A DNA stretch of 64,000 nt from Nemertoderma westbladi (taxonomy: Eukaryota; Animalia; Xenacoelomorpha), in assembly GCA_032718475.1 (NCBI GenBank), contig JAUCBJ010005018.1, positions 9,613 through 73,612 on the forward strand, in the 5' to 3' direction. The first letter of the stretch is position 1. Each line of letters opens with the position of its first letter. The notes under the pieces are model-generated. The model saw only the letters and a list, made by a program, of their open reading frames with translations. It did not search any database and was not told where the DNA came from. The translations under genes were made by a program, and so were the position numbers. This document shows, in pieces, positions 1 to 12,611 of the stretch.

Positions 1-180
1 AATAAGGCCGTAGGAAACCAAGAATCTAAGTTTCTGTGAAAATTTTGCTCGATGCAGAATTTGGCGATAGGTATTTAATGAATCCTGTCAATTTCATATC
101 CAATGATGTCCTGCGATTGATAATTCCTGCAACAACCAAACAACACGTTCGTGGGGACTTCGCGCAGCACGAGGCCTAGT
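1..180 (+). mobile_element. Possible 3' end of a non-autonomous Helitron
   Basis: Short GC-rich stem (TCGTG...CACGA, 149-172) followed by CTAG|T at 176-180, the usual layout of a Helitron 3' terminus. The 5' end is not visible. Confidence 0.35.
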
Positions 181-247
181 TATTATATACAAATTAAAAT
201 GCAGCGACTGTATCACAAAATCAGGTTTTGAGAAATTTACCCACACC

Positions 248-690
248 ACCAATCAATCAAAGAAAGGTGGACAGTACGTGTTCACCCCTTTTAATCCCCC
301 CCCCCCCCCCCCCCACCCTTCCCAACCACCAATACATAACCGCGACATCTACCACCCACGGAAGGGTAGCACGAACTTATTTCCAATCGCACGTTAAATA
401 TGCAAAGCCAGGTGGTTTATAGGAATATAATAAACGCGAGTACTCGTTTTCATTATAAGCCTCTTTGCGTTCGTCCTGTTTTGTATTTAAATATATTTCT
501 TAAACGCAGGCTAGGACGATCTTTATAATAATAATAACTAGGGATGCGATCAATATGTGAAGCCAGGTGGTTTATATAATAATTTAGTCAACGCAGTACT
601 CGTCTTCATTATATGCCTCGTTGCGCTCGTCGCTTGTCCTGTTTTGTCATAAAATATTTTTCCTAAACGCAGACTGACGATCTTTATACA
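248..690 (+). repeat. Dispersed repeat, copy 1 (with poly-C tract and internal partial duplication)
   Basis: CCAATCAATCAAA...ACAGTACGTGTTCA...CCAATACATAACCGCGACATCTACCAC...AAGCCAGGTGGTTTATAGGAATATAAT recurs at 1485-2197. Segment ~397-527 is repeated at ~551-690. Confidence 0.8.
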
Positions 691-1270
691 GTTATAACTA
701 TGCGAAGTTTCGAAACTGTGCGAGTAACTGTTGATACATCTATGTGGAGATGTGTGATATGTGGAGATGTGTGATACAACGCCAACGCATCTTATGCCGA
801 TGTAGTAATATGGGTATTGAAATAATATTAAATCAATGTACACTCTTAAAGCTGCAGCGAAAAAATGTAGCTAATTTCCTAGGTTACATATAAAATAATA
901 ATATTATTTTTAAGAACATTAATTTTACTACTTTGCAAAAATTCAATTAAAAAATAACCAGACATATACATTGTGGAATAAACTATTTCAGATAAGCCTA
1001 CACAACAGCCATACCATGGATGGTATTTATGTTATTATATCTGTCATTTAACTGAGATAGCAATAGTAGTAATAGTCGAACGGTTATGCGGCCCGTCCAG
1101 CCTATAATAAACACAATTCAGTGATTGGGCTGGAATAGCAATACTATGGTTGCCTCTATTACAATTCCTCTCAGGTTAGTCTACAGCCACAACTCCCAGC
1201 AGCTAGCTCCACACCAGCAGAGACTTGACCAATAATGGGAAGGATTAAATTTGTACTCAATAATTGTGCG

Positions 1271-1484
1271 GTTTAATTACGTTTAGATCAATTAAAGACA
1301 CATTTATTAAAGCAAATCACTTAAACTAATTAAAAACTATAATAGAATGGCGTATGGGGATTATATCTGTATAATTTTTAAGTATAATTATTTAAATCTT
1401 ATACTGTAAAACAATTAATTTCCTTTAAAAGGCAGGTTGAAAATGGTGTTTTCACCGTAATCAACTTAATTAACTAATTAACCG
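1271..1484 (+). repeat. ~215-bp direct repeat, copy 1
   Basis: TTTAGATCAATTAAAGACA...GGCAGGTTGAAAATGGTGTTTTCACCGTAATCAACTTAATTAACTAATTAAC is nearly identical to ~3676-3888. Confidence 0.85.
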
Positions 1485-1538
1485 CCAATCAATCAAAAAA
1501 AGAGGGACAGTACGTGTTCAGCCCTTTAAATCTGCACT

Positions 1539-2076
1539 CCCACCCCACCCCACCCCACCCCACCCCACCCCACCCCACCCCACCCCACCCCACCCCACCC
1601 CACCCCACCCCACCCCACCCCACCCCACCCCACCCCACCCCACCCCACCCCACCCCACCCCACCCCACCCCACCCCACCCCACCCCACCCCACCCCACCC
1701 CACCCCACCCCACCCCACCCCACCCCACCCCACCCCACCCCACCCCACCCCACCCCACCCCACCCCACCCCACCCCACCCCACCCCACCCCACCCCACCC
1801 CACCCCACCCCACCCCACCCCACCCCACCCCACCCCACCCCACCCCACCCCACCCCACCCCACCCCACCCCACCCCACCCCACCCCACCCCACCCCACCC
1901 CACCCCACCCCACCCCACCCCACCCCACCCCACCCCACCCCACCCCACCCCACCCCACCCCACCCCACCCCACCCCACCCCACCCCACCCCACCCCACCC
2001 CACCCCACCCCACCCCACCCCACCCCACCCCACCCCACCCCACCCCACCCCACCCCACCCCACCCCACCCCACCCC
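1539..2076. repeat. (CCACC)n / (GGGGT)n pentanucleotide microsatellite, ~107 units
   Basis: Perfect 5-bp periodicity visible directly. It accounts for the spurious HPTPP/GGVGW ORFs. Confidence 0.98.
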
Positions 2077-3204
2077 CCCCCACCTTTCCCACCCACCAAT
2101 ACATAACCGCGACATCTACCACTCACGGAAGGTAGCACGAACTAATTTCCAATCGCACGTTCAATATGCGAAGCCAGGTGGTTTATAGGAATATAATCTA
2201 CGTAGTACTAAATACAGTCGATGCAGTAATGAATGATATTCAAATAATTTATTTAATATACTGTTAATGCCTCTGAAAACTTAGACAATTAAAATACACA
2301 GAAATCCCATCAAAAAATAATAAGCATAATATTTTGAGAAATAAACAATTTTGGATATAAGCCTTCTGCAGTGGTAATCTTATAACGAACCTGTCTTTAG
2401 ACTGGGTAGTTTTTGTCTAAAGCTGAGGCCGGCAAAAACACGATGGATATATATATTTATATATTTACCTATATCACTATATATGTCACTATGTATGTTC
2501 ACCAAATGGCTTGAAACCACTTGCATGCATTGTAAAATTGTAAACGCAAGTATTTATTAATTGTTGTCTAGTTGTTGAATAAAAAAGTTGGGAACGATTC
2601 GAAGTGCGATATTCGAAATATTTGCATATTTTCAACATTATTGAACGCGAAATTAAATACCCACAACTCCCTTGCTTGAAATGTTTTTCAGGTGATTGAT
2701 ATTTAGCAATTATTATGAGGTTACTTACTACTGAAATCTGACAGAATGCCAAACGTATTATTATAGTTCTATCTCTATTCAGCCAGTTAGTGTAATGTCA
2801 AGCAGTACATCATTTATATATCGTATGTATCTATAGGGCCTAATTGTCATCGTTATAATACTGTCATCAACTTAGGCTAAGCTCAATTGGAATGCAAAGG
2901 CTTAGAAGGGTTTTGTATATCTGGGACGTTTACAACAGCTGTCGATTAAACTAACAAAACCATAAAACTGAACCAGGGTGGCTGCCAGCCGGGTACCAAC
3001 GGCTGTTGGGTAGACTTAAGGGAACATTTCACAAACTTTCATAGGAGGCATGTACATGTACATTATATTGGTTGCTCCGATGTTTTTATTAGGCTAACTG
3101 AGAATGTATCAGGTATAAATACTGTAATTATAGTGTTCTTTATTTTATTTATCTAATACAGAAAAGACCCCTCCGCAGAATAAACTGCACTTTTGGGCCG
3201 TTTC

Positions 3205-3426
3205 TCAGGTTGCGGATATGGATACCATTTCACACATCATCGTAGTAATTGTGATTATGATTTGTTTGCCTAGGCGAATGTGTATTACATTAGATGGGAG
3301 GCAGTTTTTTGGTTGATGCAAGTCATTCTTGGTTTGCATCTTCCAATCCCATCTGTTTCTTGGAGTCTGTGTAAGACAGGTTCGTTTAAAGCCATCTTGA
3401 TGGCGTTCTAGTTGACTGACAATCAT
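3205..3426 (-). pseudogene. Possible degraded RTE-like LINE ORF C-terminal remnant
   Basis: Translation DGFKRTCL...W...N.L...P..VI.IR loosely resembles the post-RT region of RTE-clade LINEs. Confidence 0.3.
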
Positions 3427-3675
3427 TAAATGAGATCTGTCTATTACCTGAGACTAAAGAACACAGACTCTATAGTGTAATAGGAGGTAGGGAATGCAGG
3501 TTTCAATCTCGTTAGGTCTAGCTGGCAGCCGTGTGGCTAGTTACATACAACCCCCCTCCACTGGCATTCCCAGCAACTGGCTCCCTTACACACACATCCC
3601 CCATCTATGTACCAGCCAACTTGCAAGTTGGCCAATAAATTATCAGTATTTAATGAGAATCCATTTTTTATGCCG

Positions 3676-3888
3676 TTTTAATTACTTTAGATCAATTAAA
3701 GACACAATTATTAAAGCAAATCACTTGAACTAATTAAAAACTATAATAGAATGGCGTATGTGGATTACATCTGTATAATTTTTAATTATAATTATTTAAA
3801 TCTTATACTGTAAAACAATTAATTTCCTTTAAAAGGCAGGTTGAAAATGGTGTTTTCACCGTAATCAACTTAATTAACTAATTAACTG
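3676..3888 (+). repeat. ~215-bp direct repeat, copy 2
   Basis: Nearly identical to 1271-1484. Confidence 0.85.
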
Positions 3889-4024
3889 CTATTATCTTAG
3901 CTTCTCGAAGGCCACACGGAAATTCTACTTGGAAAATTTCTAAACTTTTGCCAAACAACATGTGTACCAAGTTTGGATAGATTTCATCAAAGATTGGCTG
4001 AGTTATTAACGTTTAAAATTGAAC

Positions 4025-4087
4025 ACGACAGAACGACAGAACGACAGAACGACAGAACGACAGAACGACAGAACGACAGAACGACAG
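4025..4087. repeat. (ACGACAGA)n 8-bp microsatellite, ~8 units, possibly inside a DINE/HINE-like element
   Basis: Direct periodicity. TGTGTACCAAGTTTG at 3961 upstream resembles motifs common in such non-autonomous elements; the element assignment is tentative. Confidence 0.85.
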
Positions 4088-4397
4088 GTTGATTAATGGT
4101 ACCACTACGCTAAGGCTCACTCACTTCGTGGCTCGCCCCACAAGGCGGCACTATATTGTATTGAGGAAATAAAGATAACTTTTATATCCTGCAACTTGCA
4201 GCTGCCACTTTTAAAAATAAATAATTTAAAAGAATTACATTCTAGTGAGCTGACAGTGACCGCGTTTTATACCATGTAACTAGGAAATTTTTTTCTTTCA
4301 TATTTTCTAGAAAGAATAAAATCAATTACGGTTTAACCAACCACAATAACTGACATCTACACGCTATACATCGTACATGTACAGTACATTTTATAAG

Positions 4398-6611
4398 AAG
4401 GGATCTAGGGGGTCTCTATGTACAGTTACAGGAAGGGATCTAGGGGGTCTCTTATGTACAGTTACTAGGGGGTCTCTATGTACAGTTACTAGGGGGTCTC
4501 TTATGTACAGTTACTAGGGGGTCTCTATGTACAGTTACTAGGGGGTCTCTATGTACAGTTACTAGGGGGTCTCTATGTACAGTTACTAGGGGGTCTCTTA
4601 TGTACAGTTACTAGGGGGTCTCTATGTACAGTTACTAGGGGTCTCTATGTACAGTTACTAGGGGGTCTCTATGTACAGTTACTAGGGGGTCTCTATGTAC
4701 AGTTACTAGGGGGTCTCTATGTACAGTTACTAGGGGGTCTCTATGTACAGTTACTAGGGGGTCTCTTATGTACAGTTACTAGGGGGTCTCTATGTACAGT
4801 TACTAGGGGGTCTCTATGTACAGTTACTAGGGGGTCTCTATGTACAGTTACGAGGGGGTCTCTATGTACAGTTACTGTACTAGGGGGTCTCTATGTATAG
4901 TTACTAGGGGGTCTCTATGTACAGTTACTAGGGGGTCTCTATGTACAGTTTCTAGGGGGTCTCTATGTACAGTTACTAGGGGGTCTCTATGTACAGTTAC
5001 TAGGGGGTCTCTATGTACAGTTACTAGGGGGTCTCTATATACAGTAACTAGGGGGTCTCTATGTACAGTTACTAGGGGGTCTCTATGTACAGTTACTAGG
5101 GGGTCTCTATGTACAGTTACTAGGGGGTCTCTATGTACAGTTACTAGGGGGTCTCTATGTACAGTTACTAGGGGGTCTCTATGTACAGTTACTAGGGGGT
5201 CTCTTATGTACAGTTACTAGGGGGTCTCTATGTACAGTTACTAGGGGGTCTCTATGTACAGTTACTAGGGGGTCTCTATGTACAGTTACGAGGGGGTCTC
5301 TATGTACAGTTACTGTACTAGGGGGTCTCTATGTACAGTTACTAGGGGGTCTCTATGTACAGTTACTAGGGGGTCTCTATGTACAGTTACTAGGGGGTCT
5401 CTATGTACAGTTACTAGGGGGTCTCTATGTACAGTTACTAGGGGGTCTCTATGTACAGTTACTAGGGGGTCTCTATGTACAGTAACTAGGGGGTCTCTAT
5501 GTACAGTTACTAGGGGGTCTCTATGTACAGTTACTAGGGGGTCTCTATGTACAGTTACTAGGGGGTCTCTATGTACAGTTACTAGGGGGTCTCTATCTAC
5601 AGTTACTAGGGGGTCTCCATGTACAGTTACTAGGGGGTCTCTATGTACAGTTACTAGGGGGTCTCTATGTACAGTTACTAGGGGGTCTCTATGTACAGTT
5701 ACTAGGGTGTCTCTATGTACAGTTACAGGAAGGGATCTAGGGGGTCTCTATGTACAGTTACTAGGGGGTCTCTATGTACAGTTACTAGGGGGTCTCTATG
5801 TACAGTTACTAGGGGGTCTCTATGTACAGTTACTAGGGGGTCTCCATGTACAGTTACTAGGGGGTCTCTATGTACAGTTACTAGGGGGTCTCTATGTACA
5901 GTTACTAGGGGGTCTCTATGTACAGTTACTAGGGTGTCTCTATGTACAGTTACAGGAAGGGATATAGGGGGTCTCTATGTACAGTTACTAGGGGGTCTCT
6001 ATGTACAGTTACTAGGGGGTCTCTATGTACAGTTACTAGGGTGTCTCTATGTACAGTTACAGGAAGGGATCTAGGGGGTCTCTATGTACAGTTACTAGGG
6101 GGTCTCTATGTACAGTTACTAGGGGGTCTCTATGTACGGTTACTAGGGGGTCTCTATGTACAGTTACTAGGGGGTCTCTATGTACAGTTACTAGGGTGTC
6201 TCTATGTACAGTTACAGGAAGGGATCTAGGGGGTCTCTATGTACAGTTACTAGGGGGTCTCTATGTACAGTTACTAGGGGGTCTCTATGTACAGTTACTA
6301 GGGTGTCTCTATGTACAGTTACTAGGGGGTCTCTATGTACAGTTACTAGGGGGTCTCTATGTACAGTTACAGGAAGGGATCTAGGGGGTCTCTATGTACA
6401 GTTACTAGGGGGTCTCTATGTACAGTTACTAGGGGGTCTCTATGTACAGTTACTAGGGGGTCTCTATGTACAGTTACAGGAAGGGATCTAGGGGGTCTCT
6501 ATGTACAGTTACTAGGGGGTCTCTATGTACAGTTACTAGGGGGTCTCTATGTACGGTTACTAGGGGGTCTCTATGTACAGTTACTAGGGGGTCTCTATGT
6601 ACAGTTACAGG
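4398..6611. repeat. 24-bp minisatellite (TAGGGGGTCTCTATGTACAGTTAC), ~90 units, with 35-bp variants carrying AGGAAGGGATC
   Basis: Direct periodicity; the ORF track repeats the 8-aa unit TRGSLCTV. Confidence 0.97.
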
Positions 6612-6999
6612 CCCTTCGTATTCAAATTCATAGATACATTATTATTCCGTATCATTTTATTAGAGTAGCGCCTATAAGAAATTATTAAACGCAATTACGT
6701 CCACACGCGTTTTATTATTTTATCTCCCTATCCCTTGTCTCTCAAACTTCACTATATTCATTCTCTAAAAATGTTTTACTTAATTCACCGACAACTGGGG
6801 ATTTACTTATAGAACTTTGTTTAATCCTATTGATGTTGAAGGCTGGTTTTTTTTAATCCATGAGAATGTCATAATATCTAAATTATTAACGAGATGGAAT
6901 TTTGATGAAGTTTTTGGACTTGTGTACTACCCGTGTGAATAAACGTAGTGCAGTGTATACGCTACGATCAACGATCATCATTGCGCTGTAAGCTATTAG

Positions 7000-8340
7000 A
7001 AATAAATACTAAATTATAATGGATTGTCTCAATTGATAATTTTTATTGATAATCAAAATGCTAATTAGTTCAGTTTGTAATGACATAAACGGGAGTCAAC
7101 AAAAGCACATGGTATAGTTTCATATTTGCTCGTAATTTCCAGTGGTTTTCTCATGGAAACATTCTAATATTGCTTTCAGCATGTAAACCCCCTATTAATG
7201 TGCATTTTCAACACCAGTGACGTTTAGTAGACAATCAGGAATCAATGGCTACCCCCACATGTTTCTGCTCAACATCCGGTTGCAATAAAAAAAAACGATC
7301 ATGCACATGGTGATCTATTCTACGATAACGACCAGACTCCAGTCTTGCCTGCGTTATGGTGATTGGTTTTTATATTACGATGTTATTGATTGATGTTGTC
7401 CAGTGCGACATTTTTTTTAAAGTAATCATTGTAACTTATGCCATAAACAAAGCGATGTACCTTGGTCTATAAACCATCAAGGGATACGATGCCTTCTGCA
7501 TCTGCAGTTCGAGTTCATCATTGATTGTCATTAAGAAAAGTTTCTAGTGCTGCCCGGAAAAGCTGTCCTTCAGTAAGACTTGATTCTAAGAAATGTCTGA
7601 TAATTTATTTAATTACTTATAGGCCTACGTATACGAAGATTATCTCCTTGGGCTATACTTGTCTAAATAATGTAGTAATCCGCAATTGAACGCCCACTGT
7701 GAATTGGCAAGTCTTATAATTTAATTATTTACTGTTACATCTATTTATACTACCGGTACTAGCTCTATATGATCTAATGATCTAATCCCTATTTTGGCGC
7801 CAGACAGCTCGTCAGCACAAATTTAATTCGGGTTATTACACCCACGTGGTATATAAATCAAAATTATTACTGTTACTCGAATAAATGATGCGAAAGCTGA
7901 ACAAAAATATGGGGCACACATTGTAATTCTGCAGTAGACCAGAGAAGTTGGAGAATTGAGACATTTTTTAGAGAATTAATTCTCCAGTTCAAATATGTCA
8001 AAATGATTTATCATTGTTTTTTCCCAATAAAAATAGTATGGCGTGATTGTGAAATTCTACCCGGTTGTAGTGTTATTAGCCATTTGACACAGTAGTACGA
8101 TGTACGTACCGATACAATACGATACTATCTGCTGAGATGATAGATTTCTCGTAATGCCATCCGGCGCATTCACTAATAGCTACACGATCAACATCCTGTC
8201 TTGAAATTCATTTCCCAGGGGTGTTAGGAGAGTTAATCTAAACAGCATCGGCTAACATAAACGTAATTTGTCTTGAAATTGATTTGTGGTCTTTTGATGT
8301 TATTTCAACAACGTTCAACAATTACAAATCCAATTTGGTA
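7000..8340 (-). pseudogene. Possible very degraded LINE (endonuclease to pre-RT region)
   Basis: The minus strand near 8140-8180 reads LVNAPDGITRNL, like the AP-endonuclease W..PdG.t.nqIDyI motif. Weak G.D.IP-like and NYR-like traces lie near 7130-7260. No intact frame. Confidence 0.25.
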
Positions 8341-9520
8341 AAGTTACAGTTGAACTTAAAATAATACTCTCGTGTGTCTGTCTACCGAACATACTGATAT
8401 TGGTGATCTGTCAAGTAATAAAGTTAATTACGGCATCGCATGTTGTACTCTATGGGATCTTCTCCGTAGTGATTTATTCAAATAACTTGAAAAAAATGTT
8501 TTACCTGTATGTAATTATCTTTACAATCGGCCATGTTGCCAGAGGCAACAAAGACCAGATCATAAACACAGGTTGTGCTTAATCAGGAGACTCGCCTTTA
8601 GACTATTCCAAAGATCGCCAGTAGAAGATTCACTGACTTGTTATTATTTAATCAAGATCAGTCCATTCATGTATTGACCCTTTAAATAAATCTTTATATA
8701 ATTTGATATACATGCTGTGCTCCTCGGAGGTGCGAACGAATGTAACTCGAAGAAATAACAATTGAAATGCAATGGAATTATTGTTGGTTAAATACCTCTA
8801 CATGGATACGTAACAAAGTCCCATTCATATTTAATTCTAATCTAATGGACTTCCGTTAATTTACGAAATTAAAAACATTACAGTTAAGCAATAAAATTCA
8901 GATTTAATGGATTTTACTCTTGGAGACGTTTAACAATTTCCGGGTCTCGATCGCTTCTAAGTTATAATCCCCATGACCCGTAACGCAGTATCTACCGCGA
9001 GTGTTGTTCAGACATACCACCTTAAAATGTTCATTTCCATTTTTTTGAAATTTATATTATTAAACAACAATTATTTTTGTCGGGTGTGGTTGTCGGTTTG
9101 TCGCCGTAACGTTTAGACCACGATCTCGAAGAATACCATGTTTTCATTTTTCGGTGGGAATTATATTAGACTCTCCCTAATCGTTATTATAATCATAATC
9201 GGCACGTTATTTTAAACCAAAACAATAAACTAAACACAATAGAACATGTTACAGTTTTATTTTTGAGAGTAATCAGCTGTTATTTGCGTCGAATTTCCCC
9301 TGGAGAGGATGGATTTTTATTGTGTCGAAAGTCCCCCCCTCCTCCCCCCTATCTGATTTTACTATAAATAAATCTTAGTTTGTGAAGTTGATATTAAGTT
9401 ATATCTTCTAACAGTGCAATGAACGACTGAAACAATTGAGAAAGTAATTGTACCTTTATTAGAACTTGTGAACTTGTCAAGTGGGTTTTGTCACCGTTTC
9501 TCTTATGGTCTAGTTAGCCC

Positions 9521-9754
9521 ATGCAGCTGCCGTTGGTGTATAGAAGCCAATTTGCTGTAGGCCTCTTACTGTATGGTTGTGCACACAGCAGGATGCTAGG
9601 CAGGCATGGTTTTGTAGCACAATACAATGGTAATTTAATAAATGGATCATTGTACAATGTCAAATCTATGCCACATCTTATTCTCAAAACCCAGCGCAGG
9701 CAAGCAGGCACGGCAGAAGCGTCTCGCCGATCAGGGGGACAGACCAGGTTGTGA
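9521..9754 (+). pseudogene. Degraded RTE-like LINE C-terminal fragment
   Basis: Translation LLLYGC...RML...N..LY...P......QRR..AG follows the RTE pattern LLYGCE / RMLR / N..LY / RRL..AGH. Confidence 0.45.
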
Positions 9755-11698
9755 TGATCTTGTTAATGATTGGATAATTCATAAGAATCGGGGATTTACA
9801 TGATTGAGAAGGTCTGATCGCAAAATATGGAAGTATTGCATTATAGATAGAGGCGGGTGGCAAACTATGTCTATTGCTTGGCGTTGGCTGATGTATTGTA
9901 TGTATGTTGGCATTTACTATCGAGTAATAATTGATGTTTATATTGATGTATTATCTCTTCTATAGGTCTACTTACGATATTATGAATCATGTTTGAATAA
10001 AAATGAGCTGGTGAAGTTTATTAAACAACACTGGCAGTAAATTAACAGTGGAACAGTGTATTATGACAATTGTGCTCCATCAGACATTGTTGAACTTTCC
10101 TGTCTTATAGATAGATATCCACAATAGCCTTAAGGGCATTTCTTTAGGTAGAGGCCGCTTTACCATATAGAAAGTCGTTCATTGTCGTAAGCTGTTTCAT
10201 TTTTCTTAACAACTAACTGGTGCAATTTGTGGAGTGATATTCGATCGATTGAAATGAAGCCGACTTTGCTCAGCTCTCTCCAATACGACAATAATTGTAA
10301 TGATATATTAAGCCGCTCTTTTGTCCATAGAACCATAAGCGTAACACTAATAATGCGAACTTAAATTGCAACCTTAGTTGTTGCGACACTGGTAAGCTAA
10401 ATAACTTATTATTAACTCAATATTAATTCATTCTTTAAATTATGCAAAACTTAATTAACAATACATGAAACAATCCGCATCTTATTTAAGAGAAAAGCTC
10501 CATGCGTGAATTACTTTGGAGGGAAAGCCGTCCTCAGAAAATGCTGTATGTCTGTCCTCGATTGGTCGGTCTATCTGGCCATCAATTATGCTTCCTTTAC
10601 TTCCTAATCCGGTTATCATCATCGTGAACAGTGATCTAATAATATAATAGTACTATGTATTTCAGAAGGGGTAAAATCCCCGTTAAAATAGGACTGGTAA
10701 CACACCAGAGGGGTGGGGGGGGGGGGGGGGGTCTATTTAAGGAAATCCCATCTCCACCAATTAAGATCCCGTTAACAATGTTAATTACAAAATGTAGAGA
10801 AAGGAACAGGTTACAGTCGCATATAATTCTAAAACTAATTCAATAAACTATAGTCCAATTTTCAAAATACAGTTTAATGTTTGTTCGTAACTTTTCTTTG
10901 AGGCGTCTTTCCTACAGAGAGGGCTGAATTTTGATCGCTAAGGCAAGAAAATAGATCTTATATGCGAAGTTTGTTCCAATGGCTGCGAACTTTATTCCAA
11001 AACTTATTTTGCGAACTTTGTTTCAATAAAATTAACAATTGCGAAACTCTTGTCAATAAGCTGTACAGTCTAGCCCTATCTACATCCCCATTTCTCACTT
11101 ATGCTCCTATAAGTTCCAATATAAAATTATGTTTATGATTTATGTTTATTACGCTTAAACAGCATAAAGGTGATACACAGAAGCACAGCTGCTAGTGCTT
11201 TAAACTTGTACCTACCGAATCGCAAAGCTTTTGAAACAGGTACTTTTATTTTTAATGGTATTTAAAAAAAAATTATAACACAAGGTCTAATCAAATAAAA
11301 AAACTTAGACAATCAACATTCATTTAAAGCGACAATAAAATCTTAACTCCGTGTACTGTGAGTGTGGTGTGCAGTGTAAAAATAAGTATAATATTACTAA
11401 TTTCATATGTATCTATAATTTAATGTAAAGTTATACTTGAAACTATATATACCTTATGTTACGGTATATAATAGTTTCAGATCGTATTTGTGTATTTTAT
11501 CTGTAACCCAGTAACATAAATGACCCTCTTAGAAATAAGCTACAAAGATTCAGGGGTAATCCGATATATTATGTGGGACAAATCTATTTACATTGTCTAT
11601 TGAATTATTACTTATTGACTTCGTAAATGTTTACATTATGATAATAAATATGATAATAATGATAATAATGATAATAAAATAATGCTTTTATGATAATA

Positions 11699-11772
11699 AA
11701 AGCGCTTTGAGTATGCTGAGCGTAGAAAAGCGCTATATAAATAACCTATTAACCTACTAACCTTATTATTAT
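11699..11772 (+). mobile_element. 3' tail of an L2-clade LINE or LINE-derived SINE
   Basis: AAAGCGCTTTGAG...AGAAAAGCGCTATATAAAT stem-loop followed by (TTA)n, a layout typical of L2 3' ends. Confidence 0.55.
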
Positions 11773-12611
11773 TACATTATGTTTTTCATATGATAAATAC
11801 ATGGTTATTCATTACATTAGTTGAACTATATCAATCTTTTTAACCATTTATTATTCACGTTCAATACCTACCTGAGACCACGTTGGTACATCAAAATTCC
11901 TTGATTTATAAATTATATTGTAATTATGTGATGAGTGATATCATTTGTTAAATATGTCGTCTTAGAGTTTGTAAATAAATTTAGAAATCCCTTGCATTAT
12001 TGATGAATAAAATTTATGATTTTATGCTCAAATACTATCTATGTTCTTAATGAATTTTAACCGTCATACAATGAATATGACATATTGAATATATATAGAA
12101 AATGGTTTTAATAAAGACCTTTGTTATCAGAATATCCGGATTAACCTATTATATATGGATGAGAAACCATTTATCGTTCTTATTGTATTTGTTAACTGTG
12201 ATATTTTGGCAACAGCTGGCTGGATATAATGAGCATGATACATGTCCAGCTCGAGATTCCATAAGACACGATTCAATTATATATCTTCCCATCACACTGA
12301 ATAATTAAATTCTAATTATACGAATTTAATATTAGAGAAAGCAAAGTTGAACGCGTGAGAAAATTAATAATTGGATTTCTATGAATGAGTTTTGGTCTTA
12401 GGCCCTATTTGCACATATGAGCTATTGAGCTTCCATATTTCAACACCCATATTCAATCTTTCATCTTTCAAAAGGTCTCAATTCACGCATGAGCTTTCTT
12501 TTCTTACTTTATAATGGATGAAGATATCACTGATGTGTTTGTTGTTTACCTAAAGTATAAGTAGGATGCGAGAGGAAGGGTGTAGATTTTGAATTCATCC
12601 AATTAATCAAG

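Noticed and set aside
1489-2188. Pro/His-rich or Gly/Trp-rich proteins of ~200 aa
   Set aside because: These are translations of a pure pentanucleotide repeat in several frames.
4840-6688. TRGSLCTV repeat ORFs
   Set aside because: Minisatellite translation artefacts with frequent frame changes.
8400-8582. Hydrophobic 60-aa ORF as GPCR TM1-TM2 exon
   Set aside because: No GN or LAxxD motif and no clear splice sites; hydrophobicity is expected from AT-rich DNA.
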